Shown: positions 11,821-21,667 of the stretch, one piece after another
How the letters are laid out: each line of letters opens with the position of its first letter
Position numbering within the stretch: position 1 is the first letter of the stretch
Origin: an uncultured Actinomycetota bacterium
GTDB taxonomy: Bacteria; Actinomycetota; Actinomycetes; Mycobacteriales; Mycobacteriaceae
Direction: 5' to 3'
Length of the DNA: 64,000 nucleotides
Assembly (NCBI GenBank): GCA_963741555.1
Contig: CAVUIH010000009.1
Location: 10,200-74,199 of the forward strand
Program-made: the position numbers and the translations under genes
The notes under the pieces: model-generated
What the model was told of the DNA's origin: nothing
The model's input: only the letters and a program-made list of their open reading frames with translations
The model's database searches: none

Positions 11821-13738
11821 CTAGTGATGCCCGCCCCCTCCGCTGTGGCCACCGCCACCAAACCCGCCGCTGTGGCCGCCACCGCCAAAGCCACCGCCGC
11901 CGAAGCCGCCACCACCGAAGCCGCCACCGCCGAAGCCGTGGCCACCCCCGAATCCGCCGCCGGGGCTGCCCCCGAAACCGCCCAAGCCGGGGATACCGCC
12001 AAAGCCGCCGCCGGGCATACCGCCGAAGCCGGGGTTGCCGCCGAAACCGCCATCGTGCGGCGGTCCACCGAAGCCGGGGATACCGCCGAAACCGCCCAAG
12101 CCGGGGTTACCCCCGAAACCGCCGCCTGGCGGGCTGAACGGCCCGTGCATCGGCGGACCATCGAACCCCGGACCACGGACGCCGTCCGGCGGCCCGCCCG
12201 GCGGCTCGAAGCCCGGCAGCCCTGGCAACGGCATGTGTGCCGGCGGCTCGGGCGCGACTGCCGCTCGGAACCGGCTCCTGCGGCTGCGGCGGAATGTGGA
12301 CAGGGATCGGCAGGTGCACCGGCGGCGGCTGGTGCGGAACGCTCACCGGAGGTTGCTGCGGCGACGGGAGCCATATCGGCGGCTGCTGCGGCGCGAGATG
12401 CACCGGCGCCGGGCTCGGCACATGCAACGGAGCGATGTGAATTGGAGGGCTGGCCGGAATCGGAAGCGGAACGACAACCGGTGCAGGGGCGACGATCGGC
12501 ACGGGCGGCGCAGCGGCGAGAACCGGAGCGGGCGCCGGAGCCGGAATCGGTGCGCGCACCGGTGGAGCCACCACCGCGGGTGCTGGAATCGGATGAGCTT
12601 GCGGCACAGGGATACTCACCGGCGCCGGGGCAGGTGCAGGCGCAGGTGCGGCCGGGATGATCAGGCTTTGCAACGGGCGGGGCAGCAAGGCAACACTTGG
12701 CCGAACACCAAGCGCCAGTGCGACTTCCAACGACAGCGCGGCGGCAACCACGACAACCGCGAGCATGCTTCCGAGGAGCACGAGCGGCCGGCGCTCGGAG
12801 CCGCCGTCGAAGAGCTCGTCGCGCGGGGCGCCCGCCGCGGCGGTGGGGGCTTGAGCTTCGTCGTCCGACAGGGCGTCCATCGCAGCCGTGTGGGCGTCGG
12901 CTTCCTCATCGGGAAGGGCGCTGTAGGCCAGGTCGTCTTCACCGAGCTCAGTGCCGAACGGAACATCTGGCACCGCAAGGTATCCCGGGGAGACGGCGTA
13001 GGGATCGATTGCGCCGGTGCCGGGATCTTGCGCATACGCCAACGCCGCGGTCGACGAGGCGAACAGCGGCGCGTTGGCCGATGCCAGCGCCGCGCCCCAC
13101 GCCAACGCGGTCTCCGGCTCTTCGGCTGCGGTGACCGGCAGCAGCGTCACGGTCTCCAGTTGCGGCTTGATCGTGGCGACGTCCACCCCGGTGCCGACGA
13201 TGAACACGCTCTGCGGACGCGTTTCCAGCGCTTCCAGACCGGCCACCATCCCGGCTAGCGTCGCGACAGTGTCGATGCCAGACAGCACCTCTTTGTGGAC
13301 ATCGGTGATGGAGCCGTCGGCGGAGTCGACGATGGCCAGCGTCGCGGTGTCGGGTTCGAGGAAGAGCAATGCGGTGTGCGCGTCGCCGACGGTGTTACCG
13401 ACCATCTGCGTCAGTGCGGCCGCGGCCATGAACGCCGACACCAGCATGACGTTTTCGACCTTGCGGGTGGCCAGAGCCGAATGCAGTGCGGCGGCGTCCA
13501 CCGGATCGGTCCAGGTGACGCCGGTCGATCCGAGCGCGTGACCGGCTTCGGCGGCGCCCTCCCGGGTGCCCAGAATCGCCGAGATCACCTGATCGGCAGC
13601 GCTGAGCGTCGCCGCGTCGTCGTCGGTGGCGATGTCGAAGGTGGTGTCCTCGACGGTGACGCCGTCGGCGTTCTCACCTTCGACCAGCAACATCCGGACA
13701 GCTGTGGGTGCCATCGACACCCCGAGCACGATATCCAC
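11821..13738 (-). CDS. Paralog C: same architecture with long GGFGG tail ending HH; frameshift near 12250
   Basis: GGAGG + GTG (VDIVLGVSMAPTAVRMLLVEGENADG); ORF 12107..13750 joins ORF 11821..12234. Confidence 0.82.
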
Positions 13739-13853
13739 CGCGGCCTCCAAGAACCTTCGCAGCGCGCCACGGTTTTAGGCGGAGGGAACACCGCGTCCGG
13801 CGCTACATGAGGTAAATATTCACTGTGGAAGCTGTGCGGGGAGACAGCCGAAC

Positions 13854-14426
13854 TTAAGTGGACCTTATGAAATTTTGATACGACCGCGACGGCGTCGGTC
13901 CGCGCTGGCCCTGATACTTCGAGCCAACCGAGGCGCTGCCGTAGGGATGTTCGGCCGGGCTGGTCAGGCGCAGGATGCAAAGCTGACCGATCTTCATACC
14001 CGGCCACAGCGTGATGGGCAGGTTGGCGACGTTGGACAGCTCCAGGGTGATGTGACCGCTGAAGCCGGGATCGATGAAGCCGGCGGTCGAATGTGTCAGC
14101 AGCCCAAGGCGTCCCAGCGACGACTTGCCCTCCAGCCGGCCCGCCAGGTCTTCGGGCAGCGTGCACAGCTCCAGCGTCGAGCCGAGCACGAACTCCCCGG
14201 GATGCAGCACGAACGGTTCGCCCTCGGCCGGTTCGACCAGGCTGGTCAACTCGTCTTGTTGCTGCGCGGGGTCGATGTGCGTGTAGCGGGTGTTGTTGAA
14301 CACCCGGAACAAGCTGTCGAGGCGGACGTCCACGCTGGACGGCTGAACCAGGGCGTCGTCGAACGGGTCGATTCCCAACCGGCCGGCGGCAATCTCGGCT
14401 CTGAGGTCGCGATCGGAGAGCAGCAC
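13854..14426 (-). CDS. dcd: dCTP deaminase
   Basis: [50 protein letters not shown]. Confidence 0.97.
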   Translation of the reverse strand: MLLSDRDLRAEIAAGRLGIDPFDDALVQPSSVDVRLDSLFRVFNNTRYTHIDPAQQQDELTSLVEPAEGEPFVLHPGEFVLGSTLELCTLPEDLAGRLEGKSSLGRLGLLTHSTAGFIDPGFSGHITLELSNVANLPITLWPGMKIGQLCILRLTSPAEHPYGSASVGSKYQGQRGPTPSRSYQNFIRST

Positions 14427-14497
14427 GCGACGAGCGTAGCCGCCTGCGATGCCGGTGAACGGCGTGACGCCGGATGCTAGCCTCTCCAAGCAACATT

Positions 14498-14571
14498 GCC
14501 GATGTAGTTCAATGGCAGAACATCAGCTTCCCAAGCTGAATACGCGGGTTCGATTCCCGTCATCGGCTCCA
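14498..14571 (+). tRNA. glyU: tRNA-Gly (anticodon CCC) with encoded CCA
   Basis: Acceptor GCCGATG/CATCGGC, anticodon arm TCAGC-TTCCCAA-GCTGA, T-loop GGTTCGATTC, 3' TCCA. Confidence 0.97.
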
Positions 14572-14803
14572 CTTCTGACTGCGCCGATGCTGTTCGAAGC
14601 AGCGCTCAGTGGCAACTCGATTTGAATCGCGCCAGCTGGTTTCAGCGCGTCACTCGGTCCTCGACACGCTACCGACGCCGAGCGTCGACAAGGTGCGGAG
14701 CTACGAGTTGGCGCGCCGGTTCGGCAGCTGAACGCCTTCTTAATCCAGTCTTGACTTCTAGGATTCTCTGATCAACGGCGGACCGTGCTGATGGGAGGTT
14801 GCA

Positions 14804-15343
14804 CTGAAGCGCAGGAAGCTGTCGGCCATCGGACAGCGCTTCGAGCGCTCGCGAGTCGGCGAGTTCGCGATCAGCGTCGTTGTCGTGCTGGCGCTGACAA
14901 TCGGCGTGGTGTGGAGCATGCCGGACGCCGAATTCAAACGACGGCTCGTACCGGTGCTGCAACCGGTCGCTGTGGCGACGGGGTTGGAGCAGGACTGGCG
15001 GATGTACGCCCCAGAGCCGCTTGGGCGACTGGAATGGGTCGAAGTGCGTGTCACCATGGCCGATGGCGTCCAGCGGGTGTGGACGCCTCCGCGCGGCGAC
15101 CGGGTGGGGGGAGCGTTCGCCTGGTATCACTGGCAAAAGTTGAAGGAAAATCTCGTCGACGTGCCGGCGATCCGAGTTGATATGGTGCACTGGGCAATTC
15201 GTCAGGTCACCGACCGTTCTGAGCGTGCCGCGCGGGTGCAAATGGTCCTGCGCACCGAGTTACTCCCGGCCCCGGGAACCGACAGCCCCCGCACGGTCAC
15301 CGAGGAAATCCTGTACGACGAGATCTTGGCCGGCGGCCGATGA
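14804..15343 (+). CDS. SdpA/DUF5819-like membrane-anchored partner of the HTTM protein
   Basis: N-terminal hydrophobic helix, LEQDWRMYAPEP (QxWxx[FY]AP motif), ATGA overlap with HTTM gene; start either CTG 14804 or GTG 14885. Confidence 0.65.
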   Translation: MKRRKLSAIGQRFERSRVGEFAISVVVVLALTIGVVWSMPDAEFKRRLVPVLQPVAVATGLEQDWRMYAPEPLGRLEWVEVRVTMADGVQRVWTPPRGDRVGGAFAWYHWQKLKENLVDVPAIRVDMVHWAIRQVTDRSERAARVQMVLRTELLPAPGTDSPRTVTEEILYDEILAGGR

Positions 15344-16416
15344 GCGAGCCATCAAGCCGCCAGCGGCGTTGGCCGGCTACCGCGGTGGCGAGCTGGCGGA
15401 CGTTTTGGTTTCGCCCGCAGCCGGCCTACACCCTCGGTCTGGTCAGGATGGCGTTCGGAGCGGTGGCGATCGGCTGGACACTCTCTCTGCTCCCTGATCT
15501 ATATGCGTTGTTCGGCCGGCACGGAGTCGAGCCGCAGCAGCCTGAGAGTGCCTATCAGTGGAGTGTTTTCGCGATCTGGACCAGTGACCATGTGCTGCTC
15601 ATCGGATGGATCCTGCTGCTGCTGTCGTCGGTAGCGCTGACGATCGGCTGGCGCAGCCGACTGGCCGCTTTGGCGGTATTTGTGCTGATCTTGTCGTTCC
15701 AGCACCGCGACGTGTGGGTTTTCAATTCCGGCGATCTCGCTGTCCGCATTGAAGCCTTGTTCCTTGCGATCTCGCCGTGCGGGGTGGCGCTTTCGCTCGA
15801 CCAGGCACGCAGCACCGGCAAGTTCTGGTCGGCGCAGCAGCGCCCGCAATGGCCGGTGCGGTTGATGCAAGTGCAGCTGTCGTTGATCTATCTCGCGTCG
15901 GCGCAGGCCAAGCTGAATGGCAAAGCGTGGCCGCAGGGCACCGCCGTGTCCTACGCTCTGCGGCTGCCGGACATGCTGCTGCTGCCTACGCCGCACTGGT
16001 TTGCGACCAGCGCGCTCCTGATGAACGCCGTCACCTGGGCCGCGCTCGCCATCGAGCTTTCAATTGGGATTCTGGTGTGGAACAAGCGATTACGGCCGTG
16101 GGTGCTGGCGGCGGGCGTCGTGATGCACACCGCGATCATGATTACCATCGCGGTTGGATTTTTCACCCTGGCCATGTTCGTCCTCTATCTCGCGTTCGTC
16201 CCACCCGACGTAGTCGAGCGTCTTCCGCGTAGCGCAAAAGATATGGCGAGGAAGCTGGCGGGGCTTGCTCGACCTAGGCCGAAATCCAGGAATCAGGAGG
16301 AGATTTCGGACGCGGCAGCAGACGACGGAGTTGTCGCCGAAAGTCCAAAGTCCCGCTGGGACTATCGCCGAAGACTAGGCAAAGGCGACACCGCGGACCG
16401 GTCGGCTGAGCTATAG
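15340..16416 (+). CDS. HTTM-domain membrane protein (SdpB / vitamin K-dependent carboxylase-like)
   Basis: LGLVRMAFG, FNSGD, ALSLD, RLMQVQLSLIYLASAQAKLNGxxWxxG, MHTAIMITIAVGFF; multiple TM helices. Confidence 0.85.
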   Translation: MSEPSSRQRRWPATAVASWRTFWFRPQPAYTLGLVRMAFGAVAIGWTLSLLPDLYALFGRHGVEPQQPESAYQWSVFAIWTSDHVLLIGWILLLLSSVALTIGWRSRLAALAVFVLILSFQHRDVWVFNSGDLAVRIEALFLAISPCGVALSLDQARSTGKFWSAQQRPQWPVRLMQVQLSLIYLASAQAKLNGKAWPQGTAVSYALRLPDMLLLPTPHWFATSALLMNAVTWAALAIELSIGILVWNKRLRPWVLAAGVVMHTAIMITIAVGFFTLAMFVLYLAFVPPDVVERLPRSAKDMARKLAGLARPRPKSRNQEEISDAAADDGVVAESPKSRWDYRRRLGKGDTADRSAEL

Positions 16417-17997
16417 GTGACCGCCACCGGTGGTCAATGCATGGCCGGTGGTCAACCCATGGCCGGTCCCGCCGCCCGTCGTGCTACCGCCACCGTCGTC
16501 CCACCGCCCGTCGTGGCCGTCCCCGTCGTTCCGCCGGTCGTGGCGGTGCCCGTCGTTCCGCCGGTCGTCGTTCCGCCGGTCGTGGCGTGCCCGTCGTGCG
16601 CCGGTCGTCGTTCCCCGGTCGTTCGCGTACCTGTCGTTCCGCCGGTCGTCGTTCCCCGGTCGTGCGTGCCCGTCGTGCCGCCGGTCGTCGTTCCACCGGT
16701 CGTACCGCCCGTCGTCGTTCCACCGGTCGTACCACCGGTCGTCGTCCACCGGTCGTCGTTCCACCGGTCGTACCGAGGTGGTCCCACCGGTCGTCCCGGT
16801 CGTTCCGCCCGTCGTCGGTGGTTCCACCCGTCGTCGTCCCGGTGGTTCCACCCGTCGTCGTCCCGGTGGTTCCACCCGTCGTCGTCCCGGTGGTTCCACC
16901 CGTGGTGCCGCCGGTCGTGGTACCTCCCGTAGTCATACCGCCGGTCGTGCTCGGGTGTGGATGCGGAAACGGGATCGGATAGGAACGGGGATCGGAACTG
17001 GGATCACCCCGGGCGCCGGTGGCGGCCCGGCGTCGGGCGGGGGTGCCGGCGGTGGCGCTTGATCTGCTCCACCGCCACCTCCGACCGCAGGCCCCGGACC
17101 ACCTTGGGGGACAACGGCATCCGGGGCTGGCAACTGGTGGCGCCTGGACGACCGGCGCAGGTCGCGTATTCGGCGCCGGCAAGGCAGGGACGAAGTTTCC
17201 CGGAACCGACTTCTGCTGCGCCGGCGGCGGCGGTTGTGGATGCGTCGCGGCGGTCGGGCGGACGCCGATCGTCACCGCGACGGCTAACGCCGCAATTCCA
17301 GCGACCAGCATTCCACCGGCCGCGCTGCCCACCAGCAGGGCCCGGCCGGCTGGCACTGCGGCAGCATCGAATTCTCATCATCATCATCGCCGCCGTATTC
17401 CATCGGGAGCAGTTCGGAGTCGTCGTCCTCCATCGAGTACGCCAACTGCGACTCCATAGCCGCGGCCCTCGTCGCGACCTCGTCACCCGTGAACGCCTCG
17501 GTCATCGGCGCTGCAGCTGACAACATGGTTTCCTCGCCAGTCGTCGAGGAGAACGAGCCGGTCGGCGGCACCGGTGCCAACGTGGTCGCGTCACCGGCGG
17601 GGTAGGACAGCCGGCCCGTCGCCGCGTCTAAGGCTGCGCCGCGGGCGACCGCGAAGTCAGGGTCATCCGGCACCGCCAGCGGCAGAGAAGACATCGCCGT
17701 TGCTGCATCAGAGTCGGACAACACCGCGACGTTCTGAACGCCGGAGTCGTTCAACACCTGCCTCAGCTGATCGGCCAGGTCTTGATCCGACCAGCACAGC
17801 CGGGTCGCGACCAGCCGGTGATATTGGTCTGCCAGAGACCGGCTTGTACCGACGACCGTCTCGGTCAGTCTCGCGATCGGATCCTCCGCGAGGTCGACGA
17901 CCGACTCATCGATGACCCCATGGGCACCGTTTCCCGTTTCGATGAGAGCCAAGCGGGCAACCGGACCGTCGACTGCGACCCCTAGAGCTAGGTCCAC
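16411..17997 (-). CDS. Paralog D: shortened actin-fold domain + TM + Pro stalk + long Thr/Gly tail; multiple frameshifts
   Basis: GAGGAGG + GTG (VDLALGVAVDGPVARLALIE), PDFAVARGAAL, QLAYSMEDDD, TM ending VTIGVRP, IPVPIPVPI, TTGG repeats, end GGGHL. Confidence 0.72.
16440..16950 (-). repeat. Coding tandem repeat of TTGG/TTTGG/TTG units, including about 3.7 perfect 24 bp copies at 16816-16903
   Basis: Plus-strand unit CGGTGGTTCCACCCGTCGTCGTCC starting at 16816, 16840, 16864 and partially 16888. Confidence 0.92.
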
Positions 17998-18312
17998 CGC
18001 GGACCTCCTCTCCACTGCTGCCGCATCGGCATGGTCGCCAGTCAATCACGATCTACCAGGGCAAGTCCGAGGCAAGAATGCCGAGCTTCGCTATACCTCG
18101 GCGATTATCAGTCATTGGCGAGAGAATGCCAGCGCAATTGTCAGTTTTGCTTCGCCTCATGTGTCTGTCGAATTAGCCGGTACAACCTCGTGCTGGATCG
18201 GCGCACAGCGGATACCGTCACAGACGAGCCGCGCAATTTGCCGAGCAGGGTGCTAACTCGGCGCATAACTTAACCGGTGCCGAACCGCAGTATCACATTC
18301 CAGGGAGATCTC

Positions 18313-20234
18313 GTGAGCCAAAGGCACGATGACCCGGCCACCCAGAACTTCGCCACCCAACGTCTCTCAGCCGGACAGGGCACACCGCCGCCCCCAAGAC
18401 ACCCCGCTCCGAACGAGCCATCGGCGAAGCGATGGAATATCGGTCGCGACGTCCTCGCCGGCGTGCTGTTGGTCATCGCGCCCCTCTTCCCGTGGAACCT
18501 GTACTTCGGCATCGGTATCCCGCACAGCAGCGGTGCGTTGTTTGCGCTGCTGGCTGTGGTGACCGTGCTCTCGCTGGCAGCTGTCGCGGTGACCTATGTG
18601 ATCGGCTCACGCCCGGGCAATAGCGTGGCCGGTCGACTCCGAGTGGCGCTCACCGCGCCATACGTGTTGCTGGTGGCGGGCTTCGTCGGTTTCGACGTCG
18701 TGCAGACCATCCGCTACGGCGGCAGCGGCAATGTGCCGGGTGGCGTGGGTCCAGGCGCATGGCTCGGGATCAGCGGCGCACTGTTGACTGCGCAGCCTTC
18801 GATCACCGGCGCGGCCACCGACGACGGCAGCCTTCGAAAGTGGCCGATGTCGGCTCGGATCGTGGGCTACACGTCCATAGCCCTTGCGGCGCTGGCTGTT
18901 TTGTTCAACCTGTTCTGGCGGACAAAAGCCGCCTTCCCAGGCTCGGCAGACTCGTCTGGCTTCGGCAGACAGAATATGGCGATCATTGCGACGGCAGTGG
19001 TGTACGGCGTTGTGGCGCTGGTCCCCGTCGTCGTGGCAGCCAGGTGGATTCTGCAGAGCAGCAGCAGGTCCTCTCGGCTGGCGACCATAGCTCTCGGAGC
19101 GTCCACGCTGATCGCCGGCGTTGTCGTCTGGGTCCTTCCCGCCGGCCGCGAGATCGACGGGTTCCATAGCATCGCACAGAACACGTCGACGGCTGGGGTG
19201 GGATTCGAGGGCTATCTGGCGTGGGTTGCGGCCGCAGCCATATTCGCGCCGCTGACCCTGCTCAGCGTGGCAACCAACCAGCAGATCGACCGAGGTGTCT
19301 GGCGGGTAGCCGCACGAAAAGGCTTACTACTGATCGCTGTTTGGTGCCTGGCTTCCGTGCTGATGAGAGCAACCGACGTCATCGTTGCCGCCGTTTTGCA
19401 TCTGTCGCGCTCGCCGTACGACAGCGCGGCAATAGCCACATTCGATGTTCTGACCGCGGCGCTTGCGCTTTGGCTTCGCGGGAACCTCCTCAGCCGCTTT
19501 TTCCCGGTCGCCGTCATCTCATCACTGTGCGGAGTTCTTCTGGTGCTCAGTGTTTCTCGCATCGTGCTGGGCATCGCCTTATCTCCCCGAATTGCAGGTA
19601 CGCCCCCCGGGGGCGGCAACCCGGTCTACGGAAACAATCTCGCCCAGCAGATCACCAGCACCTTCGATGCCGTGCTCAGCGGGCTAGCCCTGTGCATCCT
19701 CGTCGTGGCCATCATCACCGCACGCTTTGTACAACGTCGCCCACACGCTAAAGGCAAGGGGGGACAACCAGGTCCGGCCTGGTGGCTTCGGATGCCGAGA
19801 CGACGCGACTGCGCATCCCCGGCGCAGCGGAATCAACCGCCCCACGACGGCAACAGCCAACGCCCCCGCCGCGGATCCATCGTCCAACGGAACAGCCCAC
19901 GCGCCGGATAGACGTCCGCTCCGGGGGGCGTGAGGACGCGACACAACAGCTATCGACCCATGCGCCCCGGATCTTCCGGTCCGACGACTCGGAGGCAACG
20001 CCCCATCGCCCCGCCGCCTCAGCGTCCCGGCCAGCAATCATCGACAAGCACGCCGAAAATCCATCGGGCTCAACCAAATCCGGCGTGAGCGTCCTCGCGG
20101 TGGACCAACGCATGAAGGTGGCCCTCAGGGGTGAGCGCTGCGGCGTCGTTGTGGCCAAAGCAACGGGGTCCGAAGCCCGCCGCCTTAAGACAATTGCGGA
20201 CACCGAAAACCCCCCAATCGACTTCCCAAGCTGA
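18313..20234 (+). CDS. Polytopic membrane protein of unknown function with disordered termini; probable frameshift near 19775
   Basis: AGGGAG + GTG; about a dozen hydrophobic segments in 18277..19911; tail continues plausibly in 19782..20234. Confidence 0.7.
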
Positions 20235-20248
20235 ATACGCGGGTTCGA
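20222..20248 (+). repeat. att-like duplicate of tRNA-Gly anticodon loop to T-arm
   Basis: 27/27 identity with 14527-14553, then degenerate. Confidence 0.9.
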
Positions 20249-20364
20249 CTCCACGTTGAGCAGCGCCGACGCTAGGTGCCGTGATGTCCGATTCTCCGAT
20301 GAAGGCCGCTGTTTCGCGCTAGATTTCCCGCAAGCCTTCCCGTGCTGCCGAATAGGGGCGCATC

Positions 20365-21417
20365 GTGACTCGTGTTCTCGTGACCGGCGGGTACGGCCGG
20401 GTCGGCAGGGCGGTGGTGGCGCGGCTCGTCGCTGACAAGTTTCAGGTGGTCGTCACGACGCATAAGACCGTGAAACCCTCACTGCCGGTCGGTGTGGATG
20501 TCCGTCCCGTGGATCTGAGCCAACCCGATCAGGTCAAAGCCCTCGTCGACGATCTGTCGCCGTCTGTGATAGTTCACTTGGCTGCCGTCGTCCCGCCACG
20601 GTGTTACACCGATCGCACGTTTGCCCGTGCGGTCAACGTCGACGCCACCGCTGCCCTGGTGCGTGCCGCGACGCAACGGCCGTCACCCCCTCGTTTCGTG
20701 CACGCATCCACCGGGGCGGTGCACGGTATCCGGAACCCACACCGGGCCACCAATCCGGTGACACCCGACTCACCGCTGGCGCCGGTCGACCTGTACGGCT
20801 GTCACAAAGCCTTGGCCGAGAACATTGTGCGGTCATCAGGTTTGGAGTGGTCGATCCTTCGGCTCTGCAGCGTCATTGCGCTTGATCAACTTGCCCACTT
20901 CCGAAATACCGATGCGTTCTATTTCCGTGCGCTGGTACCCGAGGACACCCGAGTCCACACCGTCGACCCTCGCGATGTCGCGGCGGCGTTCGCGGCAGCG
21001 ATCACCACCGACGCGGTGCGGGAAGTTTTCATGATTGGCGGAGACGACTCCCATAAGCGGGTATGGGGCGAATTAGCGCGGGAGAACGCCGAGGTGATGG
21101 GACTCGCCGCAGCGATGTTTCCGGGCCGACCGGGCAACCCGGACAGCGACACGGACTGGTACCCGTTGGGCTGGTTCGACACCACTCGCGCACAGCAAGT
21201 CCTGTCTTTTCAACACCACTCCAGCGCGGCCGCGTACGCCGAGATTCGCGCAAGAGTGGGCTGGAAGTCGCGCCCGCTACACATCGCGGCGCCGGCGTTG
21301 CGCGTACTCATGCAGCGCCAAGCGCCATACTTCAAGGCACCCGGTCGTTACGCCGACCCCTGGGGCGCGATCCGGAAGAAGTGGGGCGATCCAGCACCGG
21401 ACGCGTTGACGGTTTAA
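20365..21417 (+). CDS. NAD-dependent epimerase/dehydratase (extended SDR)
   Basis: VLVTGGYGRVG, VHLAA, YGCHKALAE (YxxxK). Confidence 0.88.
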   Translation: MTRVLVTGGYGRVGRAVVARLVADKFQVVVTTHKTVKPSLPVGVDVRPVDLSQPDQVKALVDDLSPSVIVHLAAVVPPRCYTDRTFARAVNVDATAALVRAATQRPSPPRFVHASTGAVHGIRNPHRATNPVTPDSPLAPVDLYGCHKALAENIVRSSGLEWSILRLCSVIALDQLAHFRNTDAFYFRALVPEDTRVHTVDPRDVAAAFAAAITTDAVREVFMIGGDDSHKRVWGELARENAEVMGLAAAMFPGRPGNPDSDTDWYPLGWFDTTRAQQVLSFQHHSSAAAYAEIRARVGWKSRPLHIAAPALRVLMQRQAPYFKAPGRYADPWGAIRKKWGDPAPDALTV

Positions 21418-21667
21418 CCGGGTCGCTCTCGTTACCAAGGCGATTGAGAACACGCTGCGCCGCTCTCGCGTTGGACACGCGACTCGCGCAATTCCCCTGC
21501 GCTTGCGGTATCGAGAAAGAGGCTGGCGCCCCGGCTTTCTCGTAACCATACAAGCGGAATCATCAGCCGCCGGTGATCACGCGTGGACGAGGTCCGCCGC
21601 CTCCTTCTCGACCGGCGCGCGCCACGGCGACCCGCTTCGGACGGCTCCGCCGTCCTCGCGATCGCCA

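Larger units (their letters stand above)
14527..20248. mobile_element. Integrase-less genomic islet at tRNA-Gly, bounded by 27 bp direct repeats
   Basis: CTTCCCAAGCTGAATACGCGGGTTCGA at 14527-14553 (inside the tRNA) and at 20222-20248; no recombinase ORF between them. Confidence 0.65.

Noticed and set aside
11821-12234. Stand-alone Gly-rich or PE_PGRS-like gene
   Set aside because: No clear RBS or PE domain; continues the Pro-rich stalk of paralog C after one indel
16816-16903. 24 bp direct repeats as a possible CRISPR array
   Set aside because: Contiguous with no spacers, length is a multiple of three, coding, and no cas genes nearby
14572-20221. Prophage or IS inside the islet
   Set aside because: No integrase, transposase, terminal inverted repeats or phage genes seen
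20222-20260. Second tRNA gene
   Set aside because: No D-arm or acceptor stem; only a fragment
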